Below are positions 27,034 through 36,350 of a stretch of DNA of 36,759 nt, piece after piece. How positions within the stretch are numbered: the stretch's first letter is position 1; each line of letters starts with the position of its first letter. The DNA lies in the IMG/VR virus record IMGVR_UViG_3300049207_000086, positions 1-36,759 of that record, one strand, 5' to 3'. A program made the translations under genes and the position numbers. The notes under the pieces were generated by a model. That model made no database searches, was not told the origin of the DNA, and worked only from the letters and a program-made list of their open reading frames with translations. The DNA comes from a virus (Duplodnaviria > Caudoviricetes).

Positions 27034-27872
27034 GCCGCCACCGCCTGGCCGCAACCGCACTCAGCGTGCCGTTCGTAGGCCCGCTGGAGCTTGATGTCGT
27101 ACAGGTTCCGCTGGTAATCAGGGCCGTTGTAGAGCTTGGCGAATTCGGCCCATTTACGGCCTTTCAACGCCTTATGCAGCACAGGGTCGGTCTGGATGAA
27201 ACGCACGAAGGCGGCGAACTGTTGAGACTCGCCTGCGCTCATGTCCTCGACCAGCGCTTGCACGCTGGCATAGCCCAGACGCTGCCAGTGAAAGCCCATG
27301 ATCTGGAACGCGCCCCAGGAAGCGGATTCCAGCGCGGCGGTGTCGTCGATCAGGCGCGCATGGCCCAAGCGTTGATGCTCAGCAGTGCCGCCGGCATAGC
27401 CCCCGGACTTCGGATTGACGATGGCCGGATTGGCGACGGCCAGTTGGTCGGCGTGGCGCTTGAGTTCGTCGGGGTTGTCGCCTTCGTGGCGCCGCGTGGC
27501 GAGCTGGCGGTACATGATGTGCCGCTCGAACAGAATCACCGGCTTGCCATTCGTCAAGAAGCCCTTGCCCTTCGATTCAACCTCGTTGACGGCATAGACG
27601 CTTGCTAGTGGTACGTCGAGGATCTGCGCGGCCTGCACCAGGTCTTCGTTTCTCAACAGGAGCTGACAGTCACCGCCGGCCAGGCTGGCCTGGGTCTTTT
27701 CGCCGGCAACGCCATCGGCGACCAAGCCGACTTTCAACTGATACGCCCGCACGGCGGCCTCGGTGGAATCGCCATAGTCGCCATCCACCCCCAGCGCGGC
27801 GCCGTGTTCGTTCAGGTCTTTTTGCAGGATGCGCACCGCCTGGGAGCGGTCGCCGTGGCGAAGCGTCGTCAT
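27030..27872 (-). CDS. Modular endolysin: peptidoglycan-binding domain + DUF3380-type muramidase
   Basis: LRHGDRS..V..LQ..L...VDGDYG..T..AV..YQ...DGVAG; VNEVES, ILFERH, SWGAFQIMG, FAKLYNGP. Confidence 0.92.
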   Translation of the reverse strand: MTTLRHGDRSQAVRILQKDLNEHGAALGVDGDYGDSTEAAVRAYQLKVGLVADGVAGEKTQASLAGGDCQLLLRNEDLVQAAQILDVPLASVYAVNEVESKGKGFLTNGKPVILFERHIMYRQLATRRHEGDNPDELKRHADQLAVANPAIVNPKSGGYAGGTAEHQRLGHARLIDDTAALESASWGAFQIMGFHWQRLGYASVQALVEDMSAGESQQFAAFVRFIQTDPVLHKALKGRKWAEFAKLYNGPDYQRNLYDIKLQRAYERHAECGCGQAVAA

Positions 27873-28192
27873 AGCTGTTCTACCTTGCGAGTGAAAAACT
27901 TCTTGGCAGCGGCGCGAGTCCCCTCGACTCCAAGCAAACCGATTACCCCACCGAAGAAAGGTGCGGTTGAGGCGGGGATACCGAGCAGCGCCAAGCCATG
28001 ACTGGCGGCCAGTGCCAGGGCGCCGCAAAGGGGGGCCTCGACTGCCATCCGTCGCAAGGTGCCGCCGCCATACATGATCCGTAGAGCGGCGATGGTCAGA
28101 GCCAGAATCCCCGCATAAAGGGCTGGCCAGTTTTGCTCGAGCCAGGCGGCGAGCCAGGCCCAGGTGTCGGGACGTTCAGGCATGCGCTTCAT
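27869..28192 (-). CDS. Lambda-S-like holin
   Basis: Three hydrophobic segments, LRIMY.GG, EA.LCG.L, GG.IG.LGV, basic C-terminus; MKRM start. Confidence 0.85.
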   Translation of the reverse strand: MKRMPERPDTWAWLAAWLEQNWPALYAGILALTIAALRIMYGGGTLRRMAVEAPLCGALALAASHGLALLGIPASTAPFFGGVIGLLGVEGTRAAAKKFFTRKVEQL

Positions 28193-28237
28193 TCCGTAAT
28201 CCAGGGTTGGTGGGTTCGTGGGCTCGTTGCAGGTTGA

Positions 28238-28450
28238 TCAGTCCCATAGGTTCACCATCTGCCGCTGTGGCGCGGCCGTCTGGGCTTCTGGCATCTGCAC
28301 GGCCAGGCCTTGGGGCAGGATCGGCCCGTAGTCGGCCAGGCCGGGGTTGGCTTCGAGTACCGCTTCGGTCACGCCGGCGGTGCGGCCGTAGTGGCGCCAG
28401 CACAGGGCGTCAACGGTGTCGTTTTGAAAGGCACGGACGGTGACGGGCAT
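28238..28450 (-). CDS. Tail protein X (LysM-like)
   Basis: QNDTVDALCWRHYGRT.GVTE.VL.ANPGLA...VNLWD. Confidence 0.95.
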   Translation of the reverse strand: MPVTVRAFQNDTVDALCWRHYGRTAGVTEAVLEANPGLADYGPILPQGLAVQMPEAQTAAPQRQMVNLWD

Positions 28451-28911
28451 CAGATCAGCTCCACGGTGGTGCGGTTGATGCCAAGGAAGTCACGCACAGC
28501 CCAGCGCAAGTCCCGGCGGTAGTCGTCAATGTTTGGCGTGAGATCTTCGGCGTTCTGGTTGCCGCTGTTGGTGCTGTCGTAGGAGCGATAGCGCTCACAC
28601 ACCTCGGCACCGGTGGCGGCTTCGATGGCGCGGCGGTAGAGGTGCACCAGGACAGATACGTCGTTGATTTTTTCGCTGGGAACGGCTGCCAGTTCGGAAT
28701 GGCCTGCGGCCTGCTGGATGGCGCGCCATCCGCTCAGCTCACGGTTGACGCTGATGGCGGCGGCAACGGCGGCGGTTTCCAAACGTGGCGCGGTGACGCT
28801 GGCATCGATCCGCAGGGTGGCTCGCAGCTCGTCGAGATCAATCGAGGGCCAGAAGGCGTCGGTGTTGATATGGCCGCTGGCGACGGTGCCGCCGGCTACG
28901 AATCCACTCAT
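28450..28911 (-). CDS. Head completion/stabilisation protein L
   Basis: FWP.ID...RID..VT..RL...YRRA...ERYR.YD.T...RWA...G..R.TVELI. Confidence 0.92.
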   Translation of the reverse strand: MSGFVAGGTVASGHINTDAFWPSIDLDELRATLRIDASVTAPRLETAAVAAAISVNRELSGWRAIQQAAGHSELAAVPSEKINDVSVLVHLYRRAIEAATGAEVCERYRSYDSTNSGNQNAEDLTPNIDDYRRDLRWAVRDFLGINRTTVELI

Positions 28912-29015
28912 GGAACTGCACTCAAAAATAGGTCGCCGGTGGTCGGGGCTTCACGTTCAGGAGGAGCGGCCTGGCCGATCCGCCCCGAGCCGGCGGGGTG
29001 CGTGGGGACGCTCGG

Positions 29016-29714
29016 TTAGCCGGCAGGGCCGGCAAGTTTGTTAAGCAGGCGTTCGGCCCGCTCCAGATCTTTCTTGCCACCGCAGGCGTCGTGTAGGGCG
29101 ATAGCTTTTTTCAGTAGATCCACACCGGCCTGGACCTTGCCGGGTTGGCCGGGGGCCTCCTCGGTGATGCCTTCCAACGTGGCGCGGCCCATGGCGAGAA
29201 ACAGCTTGGCGCGGGCCTGGTCGGGCATGTCCTCGGCGTCGGTGAGTTCGGCGGTGCGGTGCAGGATTTCCAGGCCGAACGGTTCGCCAACCTTCTGAGC
29301 CTTGAAGGCTGCTGTCGCGACTTCCTCGGCGACCAGGCAACCCAAGGTGCGGGCGAAACGGTCGGGCATGACCATCTTGTGTTCCAGCACGTAGGTCGCG
29401 ATGTCGAGCCCACCAGTGAAATCGCCGGCATCGAAGCGCCAGACCATGACGGTGGTCAGCACCTCGTCCTGCGCACCCTGGCCGCCTTCCAGCACACCTT
29501 GCACGTAGGATTCATAGCTCGGCAGCAACTGGCGCTTGAGTTCGGCCTTGCCCTGGTTGGACTGGACCTGTTTCAGGCGCAAGCGGTCTTGCAGCAGTTG
29601 GTTGAGCTGGTGTTCGTAGGCTGTAGCGCCGGCCATGGTTTGGGTGGGTTCGGTCGCTGCCGCCTCAATGGCGGCAGTGACACGTTCAAAGTGGCGGCGG
29701 CAGGGGTTGGTCAT
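29016..29714 (-). CDS. Terminase small subunit M
   Basis: RLKQVQS...KAELKR.LLP.Y...QDEVL..VMVW..DAGD, DMPDQ.RAKL. Confidence 0.92.
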   Translation of the reverse strand: MTNPCRRHFERVTAAIEAAATEPTQTMAGATAYEHQLNQLLQDRLRLKQVQSNQGKAELKRQLLPSYESYVQGVLEGGQGAQDEVLTTVMVWRFDAGDFTGGLDIATYVLEHKMVMPDRFARTLGCLVAEEVATAAFKAQKVGEPFGLEILHRTAELTDAEDMPDQARAKLFLAMGRATLEGITEEAPGQPGKVQAGVDLLKKAIALHDACGGKKDLERAERLLNKLAGPAG

Positions 29715-29724
29715 GATGGCCGCC

Positions 29725-30732
29725 TCAGTTCAGGGTGATGTTTTCGGCCATGGCGGCGCAGCCCAGGTCTTCGATGACGTAGCTTTCGTTCACCGATTCG
29801 TAGTTCTCGATGCGGTCGCGCTTGGCGTTGTCTACAACGGTGCGGCGGCGGGTACCTTCCTGCCAGTACAGCGACAGGTTATCCAGGCGGGTCACCAGCA
29901 GGCCGTTGGCCGGGAAGTGCGGCACGCGAACCGCCGGCAGGTTGCCGAGCCGTTTTTGACTGGTGACGATGTCGGCCGCCAGCATTTCGGTCGGCGCCTG
30001 GACCTTGTTGATGATCGGGAAGTACTTGTCGGCCAGCAGTTGGCGACCGCAGATGACCACCAGTTCGGTGTCCTCCTGATACCAAGGCTCGATGAACTCG
30101 TTGACCATGCTGACGACCAGGGCGTCGATGTTTTCGAAGTCCTTGCCGGCGCCGATTTCGATTTTGCCGCTGCCGGCCACCACCTCATCCAGAACCCGGG
30201 CAGGGTTCTCCAGGCGCATCTTCTGAAGCCAGCCGATGTTGACGTCCTGCAACAGCGGGTTGGTGACCGGGTTGGATGTCGCGGCGCGGCTGATGCCGTT
30301 CCAGCCAATCATGATCCGGTTGAGGGCCTGGGCTTTGATGATGGCGTCGCGGATGCGTGCTTGGAAGTCCTTAAACTTGGCCCACTGGTCCAGCTTCTGA
30401 TAGCGCAGACCGGTATCGAAGTTGGTTTGGGTGCAGGTGTACCCACGGTCGTCCAGGCCGCTCGGGTCACGGGGCTCGCGATCTTTGACGGTGGTGTCGG
30501 TGGTGCTGGCAATGGTGCCGTCGATGCCGATGCCAATCTTTTCACCCGATTGTTCCTGGACGCCATAGACGTTGATGGCGCTGAGGAAGGTGCTGGATTC
30601 CTGAATGCGGGTTTCCAACGTCTGAGCGACGCTTGGGTTCGCGGTGAATTTAGTGGTGACGTCAGTCACCCCATGCAGTTGCGCCAGTTGTTGCAGGTAA
30701 GCGTTGAACAGTACTCGGGTGTCGTTACGCAT
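29725..30732 (-). CDS. Major capsid protein N (P2 family)
   Basis: MRNDTR..FNAYL, QESS.FL..IN, RIMIGWNG, LLQDVN.GWLQ, LDNLSLYWQ. Confidence 0.96.
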   Translation of the reverse strand: MRNDTRVLFNAYLQQLAQLHGVTDVTTKFTANPSVAQTLETRIQESSTFLSAINVYGVQEQSGEKIGIGIDGTIASTTDTTVKDREPRDPSGLDDRGYTCTQTNFDTGLRYQKLDQWAKFKDFQARIRDAIIKAQALNRIMIGWNGISRAATSNPVTNPLLQDVNIGWLQKMRLENPARVLDEVVAGSGKIEIGAGKDFENIDALVVSMVNEFIEPWYQEDTELVVICGRQLLADKYFPIINKVQAPTEMLAADIVTSQKRLGNLPAVRVPHFPANGLLVTRLDNLSLYWQEGTRRRTVVDNAKRDRIENYESVNESYVIEDLGCAAMAENITLN

Positions 30733-30774
30733 GTTGATCGTCCTTCATGATTCGGGCTGTGGTTGGGCTGACTG

Positions 30775-31605
30775 TCAGCAGTCGGTCACGACCAAGTCAT
30801 TGCCGCCGGTTACAGGCGGGCGCGTTTTCTGGCTGTGGTCCTGGGTGGTAGAGAGCTTGTTTTTCAGCTCCGTGAGTTCCGTGCTGACTTGGTCGAGCTG
30901 GGTTTTCAGCCCCGCCGAGAATTTCTTTTCGGCGGCCAGTTGGTCGGGTAGATCCTTGACGTGTTCGGCGATGGCTTCGACGGCTTCGCCGATCTGGGCG
31001 AACTCGGTGTCGTCCTTGGCCTGCTTGCCGGTCAGCAGCGCTTGCACCTTGTTGAACAACTGGGCGCCGATGCTGGGCTTCTCTTCGATTTCCTCGAATT
31101 TCAACTCGGTTTCCACCGCCTCGGTAAACATCGACGTTGCCGAGTAGTGGCGATCCTTGAAGGGGCTGGCGTCCGGTTTCTGGGCTGAGAACGCCAGGAC
31201 GTCGGTGCCCAGGCTGGCGGGCGAGTCAGTGACCGCCAGGCCGACGATGTAGGCTTCGCCGGTGTCGGCAAAGCTGTCGTCGATTTCGATGGAGGTGTAA
31301 ATCTTCTGTTTCGCCTTGTTCATGGCGATCAGCTCAGGGGTGGGCTCAACCTGGGCGAACAGGGCCAGTTTTTTCTGGCCGTTGATGTCCACCTCTTCGG
31401 TTTTCACTGCCAGGACATCGCCGTAGGCCTTGAACGGGCTATCGGGCAACAGGCTGCGGAAATGCTCCAGCCAAATACGGGCGCCGTAGGTGGACGGGTT
31501 GAAGTTCTTGGCGGCCTGTTCCAGCCAGCTGCGTTTGATGGTGCGCTTGTCCGAAGTAGCGCCCTCGACGGCGACGCGGAACCAGTTGCTGCGAAACTTC
31601 TTCAT
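30775..31605 (-). CDS. Capsid scaffolding protein O
   Basis: FRVAVEGATSD.R.I, YGARI.LEH, QKIYTSIE, GLAVTDSPASLGT; start trimmed to 31605. Confidence 0.93.
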   Translation of the reverse strand: MKKFRSNWFRVAVEGATSDKRTIKRSWLEQAAKNFNPSTYGARIWLEHFRSLLPDSPFKAYGDVLAVKTEEVDINGQKKLALFAQVEPTPELIAMNKAKQKIYTSIEIDDSFADTGEAYIVGLAVTDSPASLGTDVLAFSAQKPDASPFKDRHYSATSMFTEAVETELKFEEIEEKPSIGAQLFNKVQALLTGKQAKDDTEFAQIGEAVEAIAEHVKDLPDQLAAEKKFSAGLKTQLDQVSTELTELKNKLSTTQDHSQKTRPPVTGGNDLVVTDC

Positions 31606-31672
31606 GCCGGGAATCCTCAGTGCGTGGGGCGCCTGCTGGGTTGAGCAGTGCGTTGCAATGAGGGGCATGGTC

Positions 31673-31726
31673 GTCACGGGCGCGAGCGGCGGCAACGAGG
31701 CGGGACTGTAGGCGGGGAGGGTACAA
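31673..31726. promoter_or_regulatory. Ogr-binding late promoter between divergent O and P
   Basis: CTGTAG-N9-GTACAA at 31706-31726 with a GC-rich element at about 31673-31690. Confidence 0.7.
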
Positions 31727-31772
31727 GGGGCAGCGCTATTGAGTCGTCGCCATGGGCGGCAGCATCTCGGCC

Positions 31773-33533
31773 ATGACGACGACCTGCCTGCTGCCTATCG
31801 ATCCACGACGCCAATCCAAGTTCCTGTACTGGATGGGTTGGCGCATCTGCGAGATTGCCGAGGCTACGGGCGAAAAGGAAAAAACGCTACACAGCTGGAA
31901 GGCCCGCGACGAGTGGGACCGGGCCGACAATGTTGAACGCATCGGTGGCGCCCTGGAAGCGCGTTTGGTGCAGTTGATCCTCAAGGACAACAAGACCGGC
32001 GGCGATTTCAAAGAGATCGATCTGCTGCATCGTCAGCTTGAGCGCCAGGCCCGCATTCAGCGCTTCCAGGACGGTGGTACCGAAACCGACCTCAACCCGA
32101 ACCTCGCCAAGCGCAACGAGGGGCCGAAGAAAAAGTCACCGAAGAACGACATCAGCGAAGACCAGATCGAGCTGCTGCGCGAGGCGTTCATCGACGGCTG
32201 TTTCGACTACCAGAAAGACTGGTACCGGGCCGGTAACCAACGCACCCGCGTCATCCTCAAGAGTCGGCAGATCGGCGCCACGTACTACTTCGCCCGTGAG
32301 GCGTTTATCGACGCCCTGGACACCGGTCGCAACCAGATTTTCCTGTCGGCTTCGAAGAACCAGGCCTACCTGTTCCGTGGCTACATCCAGGCCTTCGCCC
32401 GGGAAGTCATCGGCGTCGAGCTGACGGGTGACCCGATTGTGCTGCCCAACGGCGCCGAGTTGTTTTTCCTCGGGACCAACGCCCGCACCGCCCAGGGTTA
32501 TCACGGCAATTTCTACTTCGACGAATTCTTCTGGACGTTCAAGTTCGAGGAGTTGAACAAGGTCGCCTCGGGCATGGCGATGCACAAGAAGTGGCGCAAA
32601 ACCTACTTCTCCACGCCGTCGAGCATGGCCCACGAGGCCTACACCTTCTGGACCGGCGAGCGCTTCAACAAGGGCAAACCGGCCGCGCAGCACACCAAAG
32701 TGGACGTGACCCACGGCGCGCTCCAGCAGGGCCGGTTTTGTGAGGACCGGCTGTGGCGACAGATCGTCACCATCCTCGACGCCGAGCGCGGCGGCTGCGA
32801 TCTGTTCGACATTGAGGAGCTGCGCCGAGAGTACAGCCCCGAGGCCTTCGCCAACCTGCTGATGTGCGAGTTCGTTGACGACGGCGCGAGCATCTTCCCG
32901 CTGTCGGTGTTGCAGTCCTGCATGGTCGATAGCTGGGTGGAGTGGGCCGAGGACTACAAACCTTTCGCCATGCGTCCGTTCGGCGACCGCCAGGTATGGG
33001 TCGGCTATGACCCGGCCGAGACGGGCGATTGTTCTGGCTTGGTGGTGGTTGCGCCGCCCCTGGTGCCGGGTGGCAAATTCCGCGTGCTCGAGCGCCACCA
33101 GTTTCGCGGCATGGACTTCGCCGCCCAGGCCGCCGCCATCAAGGGCGTGTGCGACCGATACTGGGTCACCTACATCGGTATCGACGTCACCGGCCTGGGT
33201 AGCGGCGTTGCCCAGCTGGTGCGCCAGTTCTTCCCGGCTGTGACCACCTTCAGCTACTCGCCCGAGGTGAAAACCCGCCTGGTGCTGAAGGCCTACGACG
33301 TGATCCACAAGGGCCGGCTGGAGTTCGACGCCGGCTGGACCGACATGGCCCAGTCGCTCATGGCGATTCGCAAAACCATCACCGCAGGCGGTCGCCAGTT
33401 CACTTACACCGCCGGCCGCAACGACAACACCGGCCATGCCGACCTGGCCTGGGCGCTCTTCCACGCATTGCAGAACGAACCGCTCGAAGGGCAGACCACT
33501 GCCAATACCGGGCGAATGGAGATTTTCACATGA
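31773..33533 (+). CDS. Terminase large (ATPase) subunit P
   Basis: LYWMGW HTH, LKSRQIGAT, FLSAS, FDEFFW, FSTPS, VGYDPA, HADLAWA; start could be 31752. Confidence 0.96.
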   Translation: MTTTCLLPIDPRRQSKFLYWMGWRICEIAEATGEKEKTLHSWKARDEWDRADNVERIGGALEARLVQLILKDNKTGGDFKEIDLLHRQLERQARIQRFQDGGTETDLNPNLAKRNEGPKKKSPKNDISEDQIELLREAFIDGCFDYQKDWYRAGNQRTRVILKSRQIGATYYFAREAFIDALDTGRNQIFLSASKNQAYLFRGYIQAFAREVIGVELTGDPIVLPNGAELFFLGTNARTAQGYHGNFYFDEFFWTFKFEELNKVASGMAMHKKWRKTYFSTPSSMAHEAYTFWTGERFNKGKPAAQHTKVDVTHGALQQGRFCEDRLWRQIVTILDAERGGCDLFDIEELRREYSPEAFANLLMCEFVDDGASIFPLSVLQSCMVDSWVEWAEDYKPFAMRPFGDRQVWVGYDPAETGDCSGLVVVAPPLVPGGKFRVLERHQFRGMDFAAQAAAIKGVCDRYWVTYIGIDVTGLGSGVAQLVRQFFPAVTTFSYSPEVKTRLVLKAYDVIHKGRLEFDAGWTDMAQSLMAIRKTITAGGRQFTYTAGRNDNTGHADLAWALFHALQNEPLEGQTTANTGRMEIFT

Positions 33534-34555
33534 CCGAACAACTCGCCAGCCAAGAGCTACTGCCGGCCACCATCGACGCCGCCAGTGCGGGTACCCAGGT
33601 GTTCAGCTTCGGTGACCCGACGCCGGTGTTGGGAGGGCGGGAGGTGTTCGATTATCTGGAGTGCTGGTTCAACGGGCGGTGGTATGAGCCGCCGTTGTCG
33701 CTTAACGGTCTGGCTCGGTCTGTGGGAGCGAGCGTGCATTTGCATTCGGGGTTGATGTTCAAGCGCAACCTGTTGAGCAAGACCTTTATCCCGCATCCGA
33801 TGTTGTCCCGGGCGGCTTTTGAGCAGTTCGCCCTGGACTTTCTGTGCTTGGGAAACGGGTATCTGGAAAAACGCCGTTCGGTGCTGGGCAGCACCAGGCA
33901 ACTGGTGCCGTCGTTGGCGAAGTACATGCGGGTGGGGCCGGAGGGGCAGTTCTACCAGGTGCAGGGGTGGAAGAACGAACACGCGTTTGAGCCAGGGAGC
34001 ATATTCCATTTGCGCGAGGCGGATTTGCACCAGGAGATTTATGGGCTGCCGGAGTGGATCAGTGCCTTGCAGTCAGCGCTTCTCAACGAGTCGGCGACGC
34101 TGTTCCGGCGCAAGTATTACGAGAACGGCAGTCACGCCGGTTTCATCCTGTACATGACCGACGCGGCCCAGACCGAAGCGGACATCGATGCATTGCGTAA
34201 GGCGTTGAAGGATTCGAAGGGGCCGGGGAATTTTCGAAACTTGTTTGTCTACTCGCCCACGGGCAAAAAGGATGGGATTCAGCTAATCCCTGTCAGCGAG
34301 GTAGCGGCCAAAGACGAATTCAACTCGATCAAGAATCAGACACGGGATGACGTGCTGGCGAGCCTGCGCATTCCACCGCAACTGATGGGCATCGTGCCGC
34401 AGAACGCGGGGGGGTTTGGGTCGATCAGGGAGGCGACTCAAATTTATGCAGCCAATGAGCTAGAGCCTATTCAGACGCGAATGATGCAGATAAATGATTG
34501 GCTTGGAGAGAACGTTGTGCGCTTCAAACCCTATGAAATTGTACCCATAAGTTGA
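33530..34555 (+). CDS. Portal protein Q
   Basis: FSFGDP.PVL, WYEPP, QEIYGLPE, ESATLFRRKYY.NGSHAG, GPGNFRNLF. Confidence 0.96.
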   Translation: MTEQLASQELLPATIDAASAGTQVFSFGDPTPVLGGREVFDYLECWFNGRWYEPPLSLNGLARSVGASVHLHSGLMFKRNLLSKTFIPHPMLSRAAFEQFALDFLCLGNGYLEKRRSVLGSTRQLVPSLAKYMRVGPEGQFYQVQGWKNEHAFEPGSIFHLREADLHQEIYGLPEWISALQSALLNESATLFRRKYYENGSHAGFILYMTDAAQTEADIDALRKALKDSKGPGNFRNLFVYSPTGKKDGIQLIPVSEVAAKDEFNSIKNQTRDDVLASLRIPPQLMGIVPQNAGGFGSIREATQIYAANELEPIQTRMMQINDWLGENVVRFKPYEIVPIS

Positions 34556-34621
34556 ATACTCCTCCCCTATGGCCGGGGCGGTAGCCCGGTATGACTTTAA
34601 TACGATACTGAGAGGGAAGGT

Positions 34622-35482
34622 ATGACTGTTACGCTGGTTTCCGGTGTTGATGCCAACAGAAAAATCTGGAGATACATGACTCTCGATAAGTTTATACACT
34701 TGCTTGATAGTGAGACGCTCTTTTTTAGCTCGCTGAACTCATTCAAAGAAACTGATCCTTTTGAAGGTATACCTCCTGTCGATATTATAAAAAAAATCAG
34801 GAAAATAGTTCCAATTTCTGCTGGTCTTAAATCTGCGCTAGCAAATATCGAAGAGAAAGCCGGCTCCCTTTCCGTAGCGGAGCTCAAGGCGCTATTTGCC
34901 CAGCTGCCTGAGCACATTAAATTAGAGCATCAGGGTTTTAGGGAGTTGATTATTGGTTTGTTTAAAGGCTACGTAGTTAACTGCTGGCACGCCAATGAGT
35001 ACGAGTCCGAGGCTATGTGGAAATTATATGGTGATAGTCACAGGGGAGTAGCGATTCAAACTACTGTTGGCAAATTACAGGAAGCATTGCAGAGTGACGA
35101 GAAGATAAAAATTGCTGAGGTCGTTTATTCGAGTTATGAAGCACCTTCGCAAGAAGTATTACGCCTGTTGGTTACCACTGGACTGGGGCCCGTTATGAAA
35201 CGTCAGTCTTACTCGCATGAGGCCGAGGTCCGTGCCTATTTCTTACCTTCTTCGCATAAGGTTGGTTCGGATGCGCCTGAGGCAAAGTCTCAAGTGGTTA
35301 AAGTCAGCGGCCTTAACTTCATAGATAACATAGTGATTTCTCCGTATGCGGGCGAGCCTTACACTTCTGCTGTCAAAGCAGTGGCGGCAAAGTATGATTT
35401 GAACTGTCCGGTAAAGCTTTCCAACTTGCTTCAGGGGTTTGATAGTCTTTTTAATCTTGGTGAGCATGAAAGCCTTTTTTGA
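34622..35482 (+). CDS. DUF2971-domain protein, low-GC cargo
   Basis: IWRYM..DKF..LL...LFF...F..DPFEG, CWH...ESEAMW.LY...GVAI, KR.SY.HE.E.R pattern; own RBS; AT-rich. Confidence 0.75.
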   Translation: MTVTLVSGVDANRKIWRYMTLDKFIHLLDSETLFFSSLNSFKETDPFEGIPPVDIIKKIRKIVPISAGLKSALANIEEKAGSLSVAELKALFAQLPEHIKLEHQGFRELIIGLFKGYVVNCWHANEYESEAMWKLYGDSHRGVAIQTTVGKLQEALQSDEKIKIAEVVYSSYEAPSQEVLRLLVTTGLGPVMKRQSYSHEAEVRAYFLPSSHKVGSDAPEAKSQVVKVSGLNFIDNIVISPYAGEPYTSAVKAVAAKYDLNCPVKLSNLLQGFDSLFNLGEHESLF

Positions 35483-35489
35483 AATAGAG

Positions 35490-35510
35490 GCTGCGCGACT
35501 GTAGCGCAGC
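35490..35510. terminator. Hairpin between convergent DUF2971 and SRAP genes (possible terminator)
   Basis: GCTGCGC-N7-GCGCAGC; U-tract is weak. Confidence 0.4.
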
Positions 35511-35560
35511 TAAAGAGTTATTGCGGATAAGGCAGTTTCAGAAGCTGAGAGTTAAGAGAA

Positions 35561-36253
35561 TCAAGGCTCGATTCTTTTTATAAGCTCTGGTCCTAGGTTT
35601 TTCACGTTTCCGACTGCTTTGCTAACCGGATACCATTCAAAGTCTTCGGCCGGCTGACAACCTTCCTTGGCAATTTCGCTAGCACGCCCTAGCTTCAAGT
35701 TAGGACTCAACCACTCGCGAGCCAGATCCGGCGCAAGTACCAGGGGCTTTCGATCATGAATATCCACCATGCCCTGTTCGCTGGCAGCGGTGATGATGAC
35801 GAAGCCGTCCCCTTCCTGGCCTTCAAGCCCTGGTTGGGCCTGAGCAAGGGCACCGAAAAACATAGGCTTCTGGGTTTTCAGGCGAATGAAGTAAGGCTGT
35901 TTCTTCTTCGGGTCGATTGGATCCCTGACCCACTCATACCACCCCTCGCTTGGAACCAGAGCACGTCCGTTCGGCCACAGCTGTTTGAAGAACTTCCCAG
36001 TTGTGACGGTTTCAACCCTCGCATTGATGGGATCGGGACGTTTTCCCTTTGCCCAGAATGGCGACCAGCCCCACCTGATAGGGGTGATGTGGAGGCCGGC
36101 GTCGCTGGTGTGCAGGATTTGCACGCGAGTCGTCGGGGCGATGTTGTACCGGTTGATCGGTATTGCATCGAAACCGCTGAACAGCGGGAGCTGCGGCCCC
36201 AGCTCCTCCATAAACACCGCCATCCCTTCGTACTGCACGAATCTCCCGCACAT
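35561..36253 (-). CDS. SOS response-associated peptidase (SRAP/YedK, abasic-site protein)
   Basis: MCGRF (catalytic Cys2), RYNIAPT, RWG, INARVET, GWYEW, KQPYFI, IHDR.P, VS..VGN. Confidence 0.93.
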   Translation of the reverse strand: MCGRFVQYEGMAVFMEELGPQLPLFSGFDAIPINRYNIAPTTRVQILHTSDAGLHITPIRWGWSPFWAKGKRPDPINARVETVTTGKFFKQLWPNGRALVPSEGWYEWVRDPIDPKKKQPYFIRLKTQKPMFFGALAQAQPGLEGQEGDGFVIITAASEQGMVDIHDRKPLVLAPDLAREWLSPNLKLGRASEIAKEGCQPAEDFEWYPVSKAVGNVKNLGPELIKRIEP

Positions 36254-36316
36254 GGGTTGTCCCGCCTGTCAGATTTTTCCTATACAAAATTGACCGCCAA
36301 CCTTGTACAAAGTTAA

Positions 36317-36332
36317 CTGTATGTTCGTACAG
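36317..36332. promoter_or_regulatory. LexA SOS box
   Basis: CTGT-ATGTTCGT-ACAG (CTGT-N8-ACAG) between divergent SRAP and umuD; TTGACC -35-like hexamer at 36290. Confidence 0.88.
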
Positions 36333-36350
36333 TATTTTGGAACGTGCGTC

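Noticed and set aside
12167-28450. R-type tailocin cluster
   Set aside because: Capsid, terminase, portal, replication and integrase genes are all present, so this is a prophage
34556-34621. P2-type cos site after the portal gene
   Set aside because: No GGCG(A/T)GGCGGGG-like cohesive-end sequence found; cos is probably beyond the window
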